From: Podarcis muralis | Taxonomy: Eukaryota | DNA length: 64,000 nucleotides | Reading direction: 5' to 3' | Assembly (NCBI RefSeq): GCF_964188315.1 | Contig: NC_135661.1 | Span: 75,206,001 to 75,270,000, forward strand | Part shown: one piece after another, positions 37,501-49,580 of the stretch | Layout of the letters: every line of letters begins with the position of its first letter | Numbering within the stretch: position 1 is the stretch's first letter | Notes under the pieces: model-generated | Databases searched by the model: none | Seen by the model: the letters and a program-made list of their open reading frames with translations, nothing else | Told to the model about the DNA's origin: nothing | Made by a program: the position numbers and the translations under genes

Positions 37501-39288
37501 TTCCCTTATTCCAGTGCCGTTTCCCGCTGCTTCCTGCTGCTGTCCCGGATTGTTAGATATCCTGTAGACTGTCCCTGGGACAGGTGAGGCTGCTGATCCC
37601 TTATTTTCAAATCTGAAAGTTGACAACTATGATGAGAACAGAAATCACACGGCAGCGGCAGGGCGGCGGCAGCGGGAGGCCCCATTAGCTAAAGTGGTAC
37701 CTCAGGTTAAGAACAGTTTCAGGTTAACAGCGGACCTCCAAAACAAATTAAGTTCTTAACCTGAGGTACCACTGTACAGTAGAACCTCACTTTGCGAACA
37801 TAATCCATTCCGGAAGTCTGGAAGTTCGACTTCCGAAACATTTGAAAACCAAGGATCAAAGGGCTGCCACGAAGTTCAATGGGGGAAATTGAGAAAGCCA
37901 TTCGACTTCCGAGGTGCATTCGAAAACAGAAGCATTCACTTCACGGTTTTCAGCATTCGGCTTCCAAAACAGACGAGACATTGAAAAACCGAGGTTTGAC
38001 TGTAGTTGCTCTGCCTCTTTTGCCTCTGGTCCAGCCCACCACTGGCATGTTGCTCAGAAAGGACTGTGGCCTTCTATCTGAAAAGGTTTGCCTGCCCCAG
38101 GCTTAATATGTAATATGCAGCTATGCTGAGGTTCCCATCTGTCTGAGGTCTGCCGCTCTCCAGGCACCTCAAGTTAACATAAGAACCTGCTGGGTGAGGC
38201 CAATGGAAAACTAGCCCTGCTGTACATCAGGGAGGGCTGTGTGGAGAGAGTCTCTTCCTTTAAATTCCTAGGAGTTTATCTCAGTGAAGACCTTACTTGG
38301 AAAATCAATACAACCCAGGTGGTTAAGAAAGCCCAACAGGGACTCCATCTCCTCAGAGTATTGCAAAAGAACGATGTCAATCAACATTTGATGATCTCCT
38401 TCGACTGGTCCATAATAGAAAGTGTTCTTTCATACTGCATCACAGTGTGCTACGCTGGTTTGACCTCAACTGATAGGAAGTGCCTACAGAGGGTGGCGAA
38501 TACAGCACAAGATATTATGGGCTGTCCCGTAAATCCACTGGATGACATTGAGGAAGAACGTTGCCTCAAAAGAGAGAGGAAAATTCTCAGGGATGATTCA
38601 CACCCTGGCTGGCACTTTCTTGATCTCCTGCCCTCGGGCAGAAGATATAGAAGCATGATTAGTCGCACCAACAGGGTAAAGAACAGCTTCTATCCGTGGG
38701 CTGTTAGGCTGCTGAATGAAAAGATAACAACAGGGCAACTGACTTTCGGGTTTGATGCGCGTGCGTCAGTAAGGGGAATTAAGACTAAGAGAGCTGAGTG
38801 GGGGGTGATCGTGTAATCTCACTGTATACAAGTTGTACAAGTGACAATAAAGTATTTCATTTCATTTCATCTAGTTCAGCATCCTGTTCCCACAGGGGCC
38901 AACCAGAGCTCTGCAGGAAACCCGCAAACAGGATTTGAGCATAAGAGCCCTTTCCCCTCCTGTGGTTTCCTGCATGGCTATTCAGATGCATGGCTGCCTC
39001 CGACAGTGGAGGCAGCGCAATGCCATCATGGCTAGTTGGCTGCCAGAGAGGTGCCCCTTCATCTCACAATGGAGGCAGCCACTGTCTGCTGGTGCTAAAC
39101 ACCTGCGGAGTGCTCCTCACAATTTTAAGCCTCTTTCCACCACTTCTCTCCCAGGTATTTACAACTTCTTGTGCTACAAGTTCTCAGTGTGGGGGACAGG
39201 AACGTCAACCACTCACGTTGGCCCGGATATCGAAACACCTGTGCTGCTTCCAGAAAGACATAAGGCTGTGCGGCCTTCTCTGCTCTGA
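31093..39288 (+). CDS. Gene C: claudin-superfamily tetraspan protein, 197 aa
   Basis: Exons 31093-31270 (178, ...GWMMTDSQVDEYHAGLWTICSEKFGC), 32936-33088 (153, VHLDLIRCFMVLA...SIFNFLA), 34594-34722 (129, GIFVLVAVVVF...KWAFYLSC) and 39155-39288 (134, GIYNFLCYKFSVW...). Total 594 nt in frame, phase 1. ATTAAA at 39653 is followed by a GT-rich tract. Confidence 0.88.
34140..34510 (-). mobile_element. Ty1/Copia LTR-retrotransposon pol fragment (RNase H end)
   Basis: Translation STKHLQLKLQHARECVQKGLVMVSYIPGNEIPADLLSKVVPR...KLGL matches the Copia TKH...ADILTK...KLGL motif. Confidence 0.75.
34549..34586. repeat. (CAAT)n microsatellite abutting gene C exon 3 acceptor
   Basis: Directly visible tandem ATCA units. 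Confidence 0.95.
35418..36497 (-). mobile_element. ~1.1-kb non-autonomous L1/Tx1-like retroposon, copy 2 (5'-truncated)
   Basis: Reverse-complement homolog of about 80-1155, T-run at 35420. Flanked by 108-bp direct repeats 35310-35417 and 36498-36605. Confidence 0.8.
36699..36940. mobile_element. Tc1/mariner MITE
   Basis: TA-CAGTGGTACCTC ... GAGGTACCACTG-TA. Confidence 0.9.
37358..37774. mobile_element. Tc1/mariner MITE (same family) containing a nested hAT MITE at 37468-37631
   Basis: Same TIRs and TA flanks. The insert has TIRs CATAGCTGTCAAC/GTTGACAACTATG and an 8-bp TSD ATGAGAAC. Confidence 0.88.
37777..38002. mobile_element. Second Tc1/mariner MITE sharing a TA with the previous one
   Basis: CAGTAGAACCTC ... 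GAGGTTTGACTG-TA. Confidence 0.75.
38210..38871 (+). mobile_element. Rex1/Babar LINE 3' fragment
   Basis: ORF 38241-38816 ERVSSFKFLGVYLSEDLTW...HPG...LLPSGRRYRS...SFYPWAVRLLN. AATAAAG plus (TTTCA)n tail. Inserted into an older repeat. Confidence 0.88.
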
Positions 39289-39726
39289 ACGAACCAGGTT
39301 CTTAATGTCCAAATTCATCTCATCGTGTGCGCATGCTCAGTGGAGGAGCCTCATCCTTGCAGGGCAGTTCACCATCTGCACCAGCTTCTTTGAGATGCCC
39401 TCTGCCATCCAGTTGGGAGGACTCTTTGATTTTCTGAACACTTTGGGAACTACTGAAGATCTCCCTTCCTTGCTTTGTGCTACTCAGCAACACTGGAGAA
39501 CATTTTACTTCAGGAGCACTTTTCTTGATCAATGAAATATTCCTTTTGTTACCTGGACTCTTGTCCCCTATGTTAAACATCCATTCACTCAATATGTTTC
39601 TGCTGACTGTACTTCAATGGATAGACGTGTACCTCCCACCCCATCTATTGCTATTAAATATCCCTTTACTGACCAGAACACTTTCATGTTATGCCATTGG
39701 GATCCTCTCCATTTTGTCTGTGTGAT

Positions 39727-39727
<1 letters not shown>

Positions 39728-39761
<34 letters not shown>
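39728..39761. repeat. (GT)n microsatellite
   Basis: Directly visible. Confidence 0.95.
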
Positions 39762-39763
<2 letters not shown>

Positions 39764-39800
39764 GGTATATTTATATTTATAAATAACTAGGCAGATAGAT

Positions 39801-40151
39801 GGGGACGCGGGTGGCGTTGTGGTCTAAACCACAGAGCCTAGGGCTAGCAGATCGGAAGGTCGGCAGTTCGAATCCCCGCGACGGGGTGAGCTCCCGTTGC
39901 TCAGTCCCTGCTCCTGCCCACCTAGCAGTTCGAAAGCACATCAAAGAACAAGTAGATAAATAGGTACCACTGCGGCGGGAAGGTAAATGGCATTTCCGTG
40001 CACTGCTATGGTTCACCAGAAGCGGCTAAGTCATGCCACATGACCCGGAAGCTGTCTGCGGACAAACGCCAGCTCTCTTGGCCTATAGAGCGCGAGGAGT
40101 GCCACAACCCCAGAGTTGTCCGCAACTGGACCTAATGGTCAGGAGTACCTT
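39801..40151 (+). mobile_element. Sauria SINE
   Basis: Full head and body. 13-bp TSD TAGGCAG(A/G)TAGAT. Confidence 0.9.
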
Positions 40152-40450
40152 TAGGCAGGTAGATTGAACCTGCATTGCAGGTTCAATATCCTTCTAATAT
40201 CAAACTTGGGTGAAAAGGGCTGTACATTTGTAGCCAAAATGGGGCCGCTGAGGAATATGAGGAAGTTGGAAGCATGCCTGGAGGATTCTTGAAATTCACA
40301 GAAGTATGGGAAAATAATATTTACAAGGTGAGTGAATCACATAATAAAGCATAATACAATATATACAAAAAAAAAATCCGATATAAAATCCGCCCCCCCC
40401 CCAAAAAAAACCCAAGTACAGTACCAACAAGAAAACCAAATCAGTTGTGG

Positions 40451-40765
40451 AGGTAAAAGGTAAAGGGACCCCTGACCATTAGGTCCAGTCGTGGCCGACT
40501 CTGGGGTTGCGGTGCTCATCTTGCTTTATTGGCCAAGGGAGCTGGATTACAGCTTCCGGGTCATGTGGCCAGCATGACTAAGCCGCTTCTGGCGAACCAG
40601 AGCAGTGCACGGAAACACCATTTACCTTCCCGCCGGAGCGGTACCTATTTAGGTTGGCAGGAGCAGGGACCGAGCAACAGGAACTCACCCTGTCGCGGGG
40701 ATTTGAACCGCCGACCTTCTGATCGGCAAGTCCTAGGCTCTGTGGTTTAACCCACAGCGCCACCC
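40451..40765 (-). mobile_element. Sauria SINE
   Basis: Reverse complement, with AGGTAAAAGGTAAAGG tail. Confidence 0.9.
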
Positions 40766-41751
40766 ATGGTACTTAAATAATTCCCCATCCAAATCAACCC
40801 CAATTAAAACAGTTTTTCCTCACAGTTCCTCTTCAGCTGTTTAGTGGAGGGAAGCAGTATCTGGAGCCTTCCAGATATGGCGAGACCACAGCTCCTATCA
40901 TCTCTGACCGATGGCCATTCTTGCAGGGCTGATGGGAGTTGGAGTCCAACAATAGGTGAGGGCTGATTTAGCCCCTCATTCCCCTGAGTGCCCCCCCCCA
41001 AAAAAGCAAGAGGCAGGTAGCTGCTATTCACAGAAAAAACTGTATTTTAAGGGTACTTTGTTAACAGCACCAGGGTACTTTGTAAGCACAGCACAGAATG
41101 TACGCCTCTTGTTATCTTTCCCCTTTGATCTTCGGTTTGCAGATAAGTAACAGTGTGCACCTAGCCTGGGTCTTGATGAGCTTTGAGGGTAAGCTATGTA
41201 ACTGTCACCCTCTTCTTCTCTCAAGTTCTCCCTCCACCGCTGCAGCTGGAAGGACACTGAGTTGTAATCAGTCATGGTGAATGAGCTCTTCACGGTTCCC
41301 TTAAGTGGAGCCCAACCAATCTTCCCAGAGACACACTCTCCTCTCTTTCCTTGACCTAAGCGGAAACCTAAACTACAGTTCCCACCAGCCCCAGTAAGCA
41401 TGCCTAATGGCCAGGGATGATGGGAGTTGTAGTTCAGAAACACCTGGAGAACCAAAGGTTCTCCCACACCTAAGGGTTGAGCAAAGAGCCCTGTTAGTGA
41501 AAGGGGCCAAGTTGGTGAAGGATGGCTTAGCATTATGCACAGACCAGACCTGTGTCCTTATTGCCCATTGAACCTTTGGTGATTGAATTCCAGCTCCACA
41601 CAAGTACTGGTGATTCAGCTGATTCATTGACAGCATTCAATGGAACGCCCTGGCAGGGCTTCTTTAGATAAGCCTACAGGAGGGTTTCTCTTAGGACAAG
41701 GGAAGGGAAGAGTGTGCATCTGTGTTGAGACTGCCTCAGCTCCACTTAATG

Positions 41752-41889
41752 CAGCTGTTCTCAACCTGTGGGTCCCCAGATGTTGTTGGACTACAATTCC
41801 CATCATCCCTGAGCTCTGGCCTTGCTAGCTAGGGGTGATGGGAGTCGTAGTTCAACAACATCTGGGGACCCACAGGTTGAGAAAGGCTG
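41752..41889. mobile_element. Palindromic hAT MITE
   Basis: Long inverted arms. 8-bp TSD ACTTAA(T/G)G. Confidence 0.8.
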
Positions 41890-42342
41890 ACTTAAGGGAA
41901 CAGTAAACAGCCAATTGACCAAGTATAACTCGGTGTCCTTCCACCTGACGTGGGGGATTCACAGAATCTCCACCCCCTGTTCTAGGTGTTCCAGACTACA
42001 ACTTCCAAGCTGGCTGGGGCTGATGGGAATTGTAGTCCAAGACATCTGCTGGGTTCCAGGCCATGTAGACATTGTAGAGCATTGGGTCAAACATGCCTAA
42101 GTCAGTTCCCCATATTCCTTACCAATGACCTGGCATCTCAAAGGTGGTTCAGTCATAACTTCTTGAGAACCATTCCAAACTGCTCTGTTCCAGAAGCAGA
42201 ATGGAAGTTCCATGGCAGTTGGAGGCCAGAGTGGAGGGAGGTGTATAAAACTGCCACCCTTGGCAAGAACTGGGTGCTGCTATCCCCATGGTGGGGTGGA
42301 GGGTGTCCCTCCTGTTCCAGACCTTGGAAGGAAATTGTGGAG

Positions 42343-45300
42343 ATGCCATTCGTGGCCTCGGGTCCTTTCTACAGGAGCACCAGCATTCTCTTTTCCATGA
42401 TTAATTTTCTGCAACTCGTCATCGCCCATGCATCTCCCACCTGGACTTCGTATATTGCAGATGTGGACCATTTTGTTATAGGACTCTGGCTCCTCTGCTC
42501 AGACAAATATGGATGCCAACCCACAGGAACTCGTGATGGTATGGTATATGGCAGGGTTAGGGAACTGTTGTCAGCTCAACCTTTTTTGGGGGGGGCACAT
42601 GTGGGAGTGGCCAGAGGCAAAAGTGGGTGGGGCACCATGTTATCTTTGTACAAGAGCCTAGCTTCCACAGACACCTGCACATCCCTCTCTGACCTCCATC
42701 CAGGCATGCAAAAAGACGTTATCCATGTTCAGTGACAAATTGCAGCCAGGGGTGGGATATCCAAGAAGGATGCAAACCAGGACCTGCGTCATTTGAGCGT
42801 GCATTTGAAAGTATGAGAGAGAATGGGGGCAGCATTTTCCTTTGCAAAATAAAGGTCTTGATCAGGTGTGGGGAACAAGCATGGCCAATGACTAGAGATG
42901 GTGGGAGTTCAGCAACATCTGGAGGTATGATGGTTCCCCACACTTGCTCTAGAGGTCCTCAAATGTTTTGCTACTCTAATTAGTGGCAGCATGTGGTCTG
43001 TCCTCCCAGCATCCCTTGCAATGTCCCAAAGGATGATGGGGGCACAACTCTTGGATTTCATGGGACTTTGCCAATGCATGTACAAATACTCTGGCCCTGA
43101 GCAGCTGGTTCCTACTTTTAAAACTCAAATGCAATCTGGGTCCCAAGTTGTTTACCCTTTCTGCATTAATGTTGGAGCAGCCATGTCATTGAACTCGATT
43201 TCCCATCAGCCCCAAACAGCATACCAGGCGAACAGTCAGAGATGAATAGGACCTGGATTCTAACAACATCTGGAGGGCAAGATATTGGCTGCCCCTACAT
43301 TGATGTAAGCACCTTGAATTGGGCTCAGAAGTAAATGGGCTGCCAGTGCAGATGCTTCAGGATAGGTGTAATATGGGTCCTCGCAGTCATCCCAGATAAC
43401 ATTTGGCACAAGTTGCAGCCTCTGAGCCATCTTCAAGGGGAGCCCCACATAGAGTGCATTGCAGTAGTCCAATCTGGAATTTACCAGGAAAGGAATGCAG
43501 TGACCATCCAGTCATTTCTGTCCAGAAGGGTCTGTAGCTGGCAAACCAGTTAGAACTTGAAATAGGAGTGCATACATTTGATCATATGCGTCTCCAAATA
43601 AGAAAGGTACACAAGTTATTCTATTGCACATTATACAATGGGCACGGTAACTTCTGAGTCTTCCCTGGGAAGAGGGACCATTGGTTAAAGCACGCTGCCA
43701 TTTATAGCTCTGTGGGAGAATCGGGGTCTCCTAACAACTTTCACCATCCTAAATGAACTACACTTCCCAGGATTCTCTGTGGGAAGACATGACAGTTAAA
43801 AATGGTGTCACGGTAGTTTAAATGTATAGTGCAGTTGGGTTCTTACAAAGATGAATCCGTTTCAATGGGTCTGCCCTTAGTAGGGCCAGCATTGGGATGT
43901 AACCCATACCTTGTGACTGAAAATCAATTGTATATTCCATGTGAAGTCGCTGAATTTGTTCTGTTTGAAGTAGCACCAAAGGAACAAGTGAATGTAAAGG
44001 CCAAATGACAGATCTGACCAATTTCCCCATGAGTACAAACTGATGTGAAGAGAAGACTCCCTGGAGAAGACACTGATGCTGGGAAAGATGGAGGGCACAA
44101 GGAGAAGGGGGCGACAGAGGACGAGATGGTTGGATAGCGTTTTCGAGGTTACCAGCATGAGTCTGACCAAACTGCGGGAAGTAGTGGAGGACAGAGGTGC
44201 CTGGCGTGCTCTGGTCCATGGGGTCACGAAGAGTCGGACACGACTAAACGACTAAACAACACAAACTGATGTGGCTGTGACCAGGCTCTTGCAAGGGGGG
44301 AGAAAAGGCTGAGAATTGGCCTCCGTTTTCACAATATCTCTCCTTTTTATCTCTCTCTCCTTATAGTATCCCTGAATATCACTCGGATCTTCATGATACT
44401 TGCTCTCATTATGTCCTTCGTAGCTTTGGCATTATCAATGCCATGGGAGTGGATTGTTCGCTGCTCCTCTCCCTTTCTTAGCAGACCTCTGCTTATTTCC
44501 ATCTTCAGCTTCATTGCAGGTATCATGGAAAGTGCATAAATATACACATGACAAAGCTGTAATTTGTGACAGGCACCGTGAGTTGCAAGGAGCCTCCCTG
44601 TTCCCCTCAAGGAGCTGCAATTCCCAGAGTTCCCTGGTAAGAGGGATTGATGGTTAAACCACTCTATGAACTGTAGCTCTGCGAGGCAAATAGGAGTCCA
44701 ATGAGAACTCCCAGAATTCTTTGGGAGAAGCTATGTCTGTTTAAAGTGGTATGACAGGGCTTCAAATGCAAGGTGTGGATGTGGCCAAAATTGTATCACA
44801 TAATAATTTTGATTTAATAATAATTTATTAAAGTTATTATTGTGTTTTTAATATTCTGCTGGGAGCCGCCCAGAGTGGCTGGGGAAACCCAGCCAGATGG
44901 GCAGGGTATAAATATCTGGCTGGGTTTCCCCAGCCACTCTGGGCGGCTCCCAACAGAATATTAAAAACACGCTAAAACACCAGACATTTAAAACTTCCTG
45001 TTAAGTTGTGGGTGAACATATCAGACAACACAGCGATTCTTCAAACAGCTCTTGTTTATTCACAGGCCAGGACAGAACTGAACTGAAGGGTTCAGTCAGC
45101 CTGCTTATATAGAGCTCCAGTACAACGTTACTGTAACAACTTTCTGAAACTATCCAATCACTGAACGTCACTTTCGATCCCTTATTTGCATAACTATCTA
45201 CAGTATCCCCCTGCTGGCTCAGGGTGAGAACTTCAGTACATAACACTTCCCTAAATAGGGCTGCCTTCAGATGCCTTCTAAAAGTCAGATAGTTGTTTAT

Positions 45301-48067
45301 TTCCTTGACATCTGGTTGGAGGGAATTCCACAGGGTGGGCGCCACTACCAAGAAGGCGCTCTGCCTGGTTCCCTGTAACCTTGCAGTGAGGGAACCACCA
45401 GAGGGCCTCAGAGCTGGACTTCGGTGTCCGGGCTAAATTATACGGGGTGGAGACGCTCCTTCAGGTGTACTGGGCTGCAGCAGCGGAGCTTCAAGCTCCA
45501 GCAGGCGGCAGGGCGGAGAGCAGGCGGGGGCGTGGCTGGCACATGTCCTAGGGGCATGGCACGCCACCTGTGGAGGAGCAGGGCACCCTGTGTGGGAGGG
45601 CAGCCGTGATAGCACCCCACCGGGATCGTGCGCTCCCCCCCTGTTCCTCTGCCAGTGCTGGGCTGAGGCCATTTAGGGCTTTAAAGGTCAGCACCAACAC
45701 TTTGAATTGTGCTCAGAAACGTACTGGGAGCCAATGTAGATCTTTCAGGACCGGTGTTATGTTGTCTCGGTGGCCACTCCCAGTCACCAGTCTAGCTGGT
45801 GATGCAGCTGTTTTTAGGGAAGAGCAGTGAAACATCTCTTCCTCCTCTGGGGAGTGGCAGGAATAGTTTGGTACACTATGGCTTCCACAACCACCTTGGT
45901 GTATTCAGAGGTCTGCAACTGCTGTCCTTGCTCCTTTGGTGTCCAACGTGACGGCATGGAACCAATTTCGCAGCTCCAGTGACACAGCATGGCTCCTGGC
46001 AGTCCTGCTTCCATGTGCCATTTTCCTCCAGGGCTTCATCACCTGCAACAAGCAATCTTCCTCCTCCCTGGGGCAGCTTGCCTGTGCCACTGTTCCAGGA
46101 CAGTTGACTCTGCTCTGTTGAGAAATTCCACATCTTGGCCAGTAGCTTGAAATGTGGATAGGTGGACCTCAGGGTGCTGTACCTTTTCTTCCAACGAGGA
46201 AGCCAGCTTGCAGTTGCTGCGGGTGTAGCTTTGTGCCTTTGTTGGGTTTGTTGGATTAAGTTGCTCGCTTGGAGCTGTCTGCGATCCAGAAATCCACACA
46301 CCCCGCCCCACATTGGTCCTGTTATCAAACCAGAACACAGCATAATCTCACTGAGGGCTTTTGCCAGGCTGCCACAGGTTAGATTCCCTCCACTGGAACT
46401 TCCACCCAGCCACCATTTTATTGTGTAGATCTGGAAGCTCAGTGCCAGAGGTGTGATGGCAGCATCACTCCATGGACAGAGGCCAGCAGAGCTGTGTTGG
46501 GCTGGCAGAGGTGGGGAGACCTATGTCCCATCCAAGCTCCACCTCACCCCAGTTGCAGCAAAGGGTTGAATTGCAGCCTTACTTTTTTGAAAAAGCAGAA
46601 TTCTAAAACTTTGAGGGTAATGTATAATATAAAGCACATCTAAACAGAACAGTTTTGATAATCTTTCTAAAGGCTGGTGGAGAAAAGGTGAAATTAGCCC
46701 CCCAAGAGGCTGTGTTTGAGCCAAGGGGCCATCAGTAGGAAGGTCCTGTCTGTCAGATTCACGTTTTTCCAATCTTTCAGTTCACCCCATTTCCATATCA
46801 GCTTTTGTTGCTATTTTTTAATCATGAAAATTCATGAGCAAACATATTTGCAAAAAAAAATTCCCCCAAACATAATACATTTGGGTATCTTCTGCCCCTC
46901 CCGTTAATATAAGCACTTTCATGCACACTCTGCCTCAAAATTATACTTAGGAACCATGCATTAGAGTCTAAGAATTCCCCCTCTTTCAGGTCTCTAATAA
47001 TATCACAAGCAGGCCAGAGGTGGGGAACCTGTGGCCCTCCAGATTTTGTTGGACTTCAGCCCCCACCAGCTCCAGCCAGCATGGCCCACAGTCAAGGATT
47101 ATGGGAGCTGGAGTCAAACAACAGATTTCTCCATCACTTATCAAAATTCTAAGTATCTCCTCTGTGTTTTGTAGCAATCTGTTCGCTAACTGCTGTGGTG
47201 GTATTTGGGGTCCAAGTTGATCGGAAATCAGACTCCGCACATCCTTCTGGGAAAATTGCTTTTTACTTAAGCTGTTTCACCTCTGCTTTTTCCTTCTTGG
47301 CAGGTAAGTATCAGTGGGGGGCTGGACATCTTTTGCAACAAACCGGCTTCTCCCGAAGATCAGACTTTTGGTGATAAGAAAACTGATGGGAGAAATGCAG
47401 CATAAACGTCATCTCAGCTCCCCACAAACAAATCAGCATAAATGCTAACTCAGTAGCCAACATCACCTGATCTCCCTGAAAACAAATCTGGATGAATGTC
47501 CTACCTCCAGTTGCTGGGAATATCAAGTGTGGAGTGTGCTCTTGTGCTTGATGGTTTCTCCTAGGCCTTTGGTTGGCCACTCTCAGACCAGGATGGTGGG
47601 CTACATGGGCCTCTAGACTGACCCAGCACACCTTTTTCTTACTTCCTTATGCTCAATACACAGTTCATTTGGAAGTGCCCTGAGTGTCCCTCACAATTTC
47701 TAACGGAAAGACATTATTATGCACAGCGCAAAAGAGGAGAATGTGAGACCTCCTCCACGTTATAAAATATTTCGGTTGCTATGTTTGCATGTGGTAATGG
47801 GAGCTGCCACGTTAACTGGAATACGGCAACTTAAGGAGAAATAAGTTCTGATGTAATTCGACCACCACATAGGAGGTTGGGTTTTGTAGTAATGCTGGCT
47901 TTTTGTTCTTTTTGTAATATAAGAAAGCAAAAGAAAAAATTTCCAATTTCTTTTTGCTGCTTTCTCTTCCAGCTGTTTACAATGGTTTGGTCCACAAGTT
48001 TTCACTCTGGGAGGTTGCAAGCTCAGGCCGTGTTGAAGATACACAAAAGCCGGATGAGACAGCCTAG
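42343..48067 (+). CDS. Gene D: claudin-superfamily tetraspan protein, 190 aa
   Basis: Exons 42343-42538 (196, ...SPTWTSYIADVDHFVIGLWLLCSDKYGC), 44367-44519 (153, VSLNITRIFMILALIMSF...SIFSFIA), 47175-47303 (129) and 47973-48067 (95, AVYNGLVHKFSLW...TAG). Total 573 nt in frame, phase 1. Start ATG inferred. Confidence 0.88.
44048..44260 (+). mobile_element. Bov-B 3' fragment
   Basis: Bov-B terminal sequence. 13-bp TSD ACAAACTGATGTG. Confidence 0.92.
44914..45800 (-). mobile_element. L2 LINE 3' part, interrupted by a solo LTR and a hAT-like insert (45478-45657, TSD CTGGGCTG)
   Basis: Matches the reverse complement of the L2 copy at 58948-59530. Confidence 0.75.
44999..45245 (-). mobile_element. 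Short solo LTR (247 bp)
   Basis: TGTTA...TAACA termini, 5-bp TSD CTTCC. TATATAAG and AATAAA on the minus strand. Confidence 0.8.
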
Positions 48068-48779
48068 AAGCCAAGGCCTGCGAGCTCCATCGCTCTCCGA
48101 ACAAAGTGGACTCTAAACCCCCAGACCTATTTGCTCCATGGACGTGTGAGGCTGTGGAGTGACCTCAAGCAGGGCAGGTCACAATCTTCATCTCCTTTGA
48201 GATCTCCTCTGCCTGGACTCATTTTGACAGGGCAATCCATCAAAAAAACTTCTTTTTGCCTACAACACTTTGGACACTGCTGAGTAATCCCTTTGTGTCT
48301 CAGTGCTGCTCAGTAATCCTGGAAAGAACATTACTTGGGGAGATATTTTTCCTCTTCAGTGAAATACCCCTCTCCCACCTGAACTCTTCTCCTCTTTGTT
48401 AAAATCAGTCAATATATTTCTCTTGGCAGAACTCATATGGACACATATTTCTAATGTTTAGATTGCATTATATTTTATAAATATAATTCTCATGCATGTG
48501 GTTTATTGTATGGTTTATGTATGTGCAGTTTCAATTTTTAATGGTGTGTTATTTTGAAATTCATAATTAACATGCAAACACCACGTCACTAGTGCAACCA
48601 CTTTGCCAGTTCCCATGCAGTCTATCTACCCATAGGAGCCAACTCCTAACAGCTGTGGTGCCTTCGCCCTTTCAATAATTGTTGAATTAGGACCTGGGAA
48701 AGCAGGGTTCAAATCCCCACTTGGCCAGGAAGCTCTCTGGGTCACCTTGGGCCAGTCCCTGCCTTTTAGTTTAACCGCC

Positions 48780-48912
48780 AAAAGCAGCTTAGTCATGCTG
48801 GCCACATGACCCGGAAGCTGTATGCCAGCTCCCTCGGCCAATAAAGCGAGATGAGTGCCGCAACCCCAGAGTCGGCCCCGACTGGACCTAATGGTCAGGG
48901 GTCCCTTTACCT
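48780..48912 (+). mobile_element. Sauria SINE 3' half
   Basis: Matches the 3' part of the 30111-30463 copy. Contains AATAAA at 48840. Confidence 0.85.
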
Positions 48913-49134
48913 ACCTTGCATGATTTTTGTGGGGATTAGTTGAGGAGGGGGAGAACCATGTGTACGACCTTAAGCTTGAAGGAAAAGATGAGGTATAAAT
49001 GCAACAAACAAATATGGATGGGCGGATTCAGTTGGTTCACATTTTATTGTGGAAACCCATAATTAACAAACCCTACAACAATATGTTGTCTTTGTCCGTT
49101 GAGTTTTCTTGGCAAGGATACTGGAGTGGCTTGC

Positions 49135-49580
49135 TGGTTCCTGCTCCAAGTAGTGATGTATGGAAGTGAGAGCTGGACCATAAAGAAGGCTGATCGCTGA
49201 AGAATTGATGCTTTTGAATTATGGTGCTGGAGGAGACTCTTGAGAGTCCCATGGACTGCAAGAAGATCAAACCTATCCGTTCTTAAGGAAATCAGCCCTG
49301 AGCTCTCACTGGAAGGACAGATCCTGAAGCTGAAGCTCCAATACTTTGGCCACCTCATGAGAAGAGAAGACTCCCTGGAAAGACCCTGATGCTGGGAAAG
49401 ATGGAGGGCACAAGGAGAAGGGGATGACAGAGGATGAGATGGTTGGACAGTGTTCTCAAAGCTACCAGCATGAGTTTGACCAAACTGCGGGAGGCAGTGC
49501 AAGACAGGAGTGCCTGGTGTGCTCTGGTCCATGGGGTTAAGAAGAGTCGGACAACAACAACAACAACAACAACAACAACA
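49135..49580 (+). mobile_element. Bov-B LINE 3' fragment with (CAA)n tail
   Basis: Same sequence family as 1550-2223. Confidence 0.92.

Noticed and set aside
44570-44770. Same dispersed repeat shortly after exon 2 in D and F (58200-58350) as a marker of duplication history
   Set aside because: This repeat occurs at least eight times in the window, so coincidence is likely without alignment of junctions.
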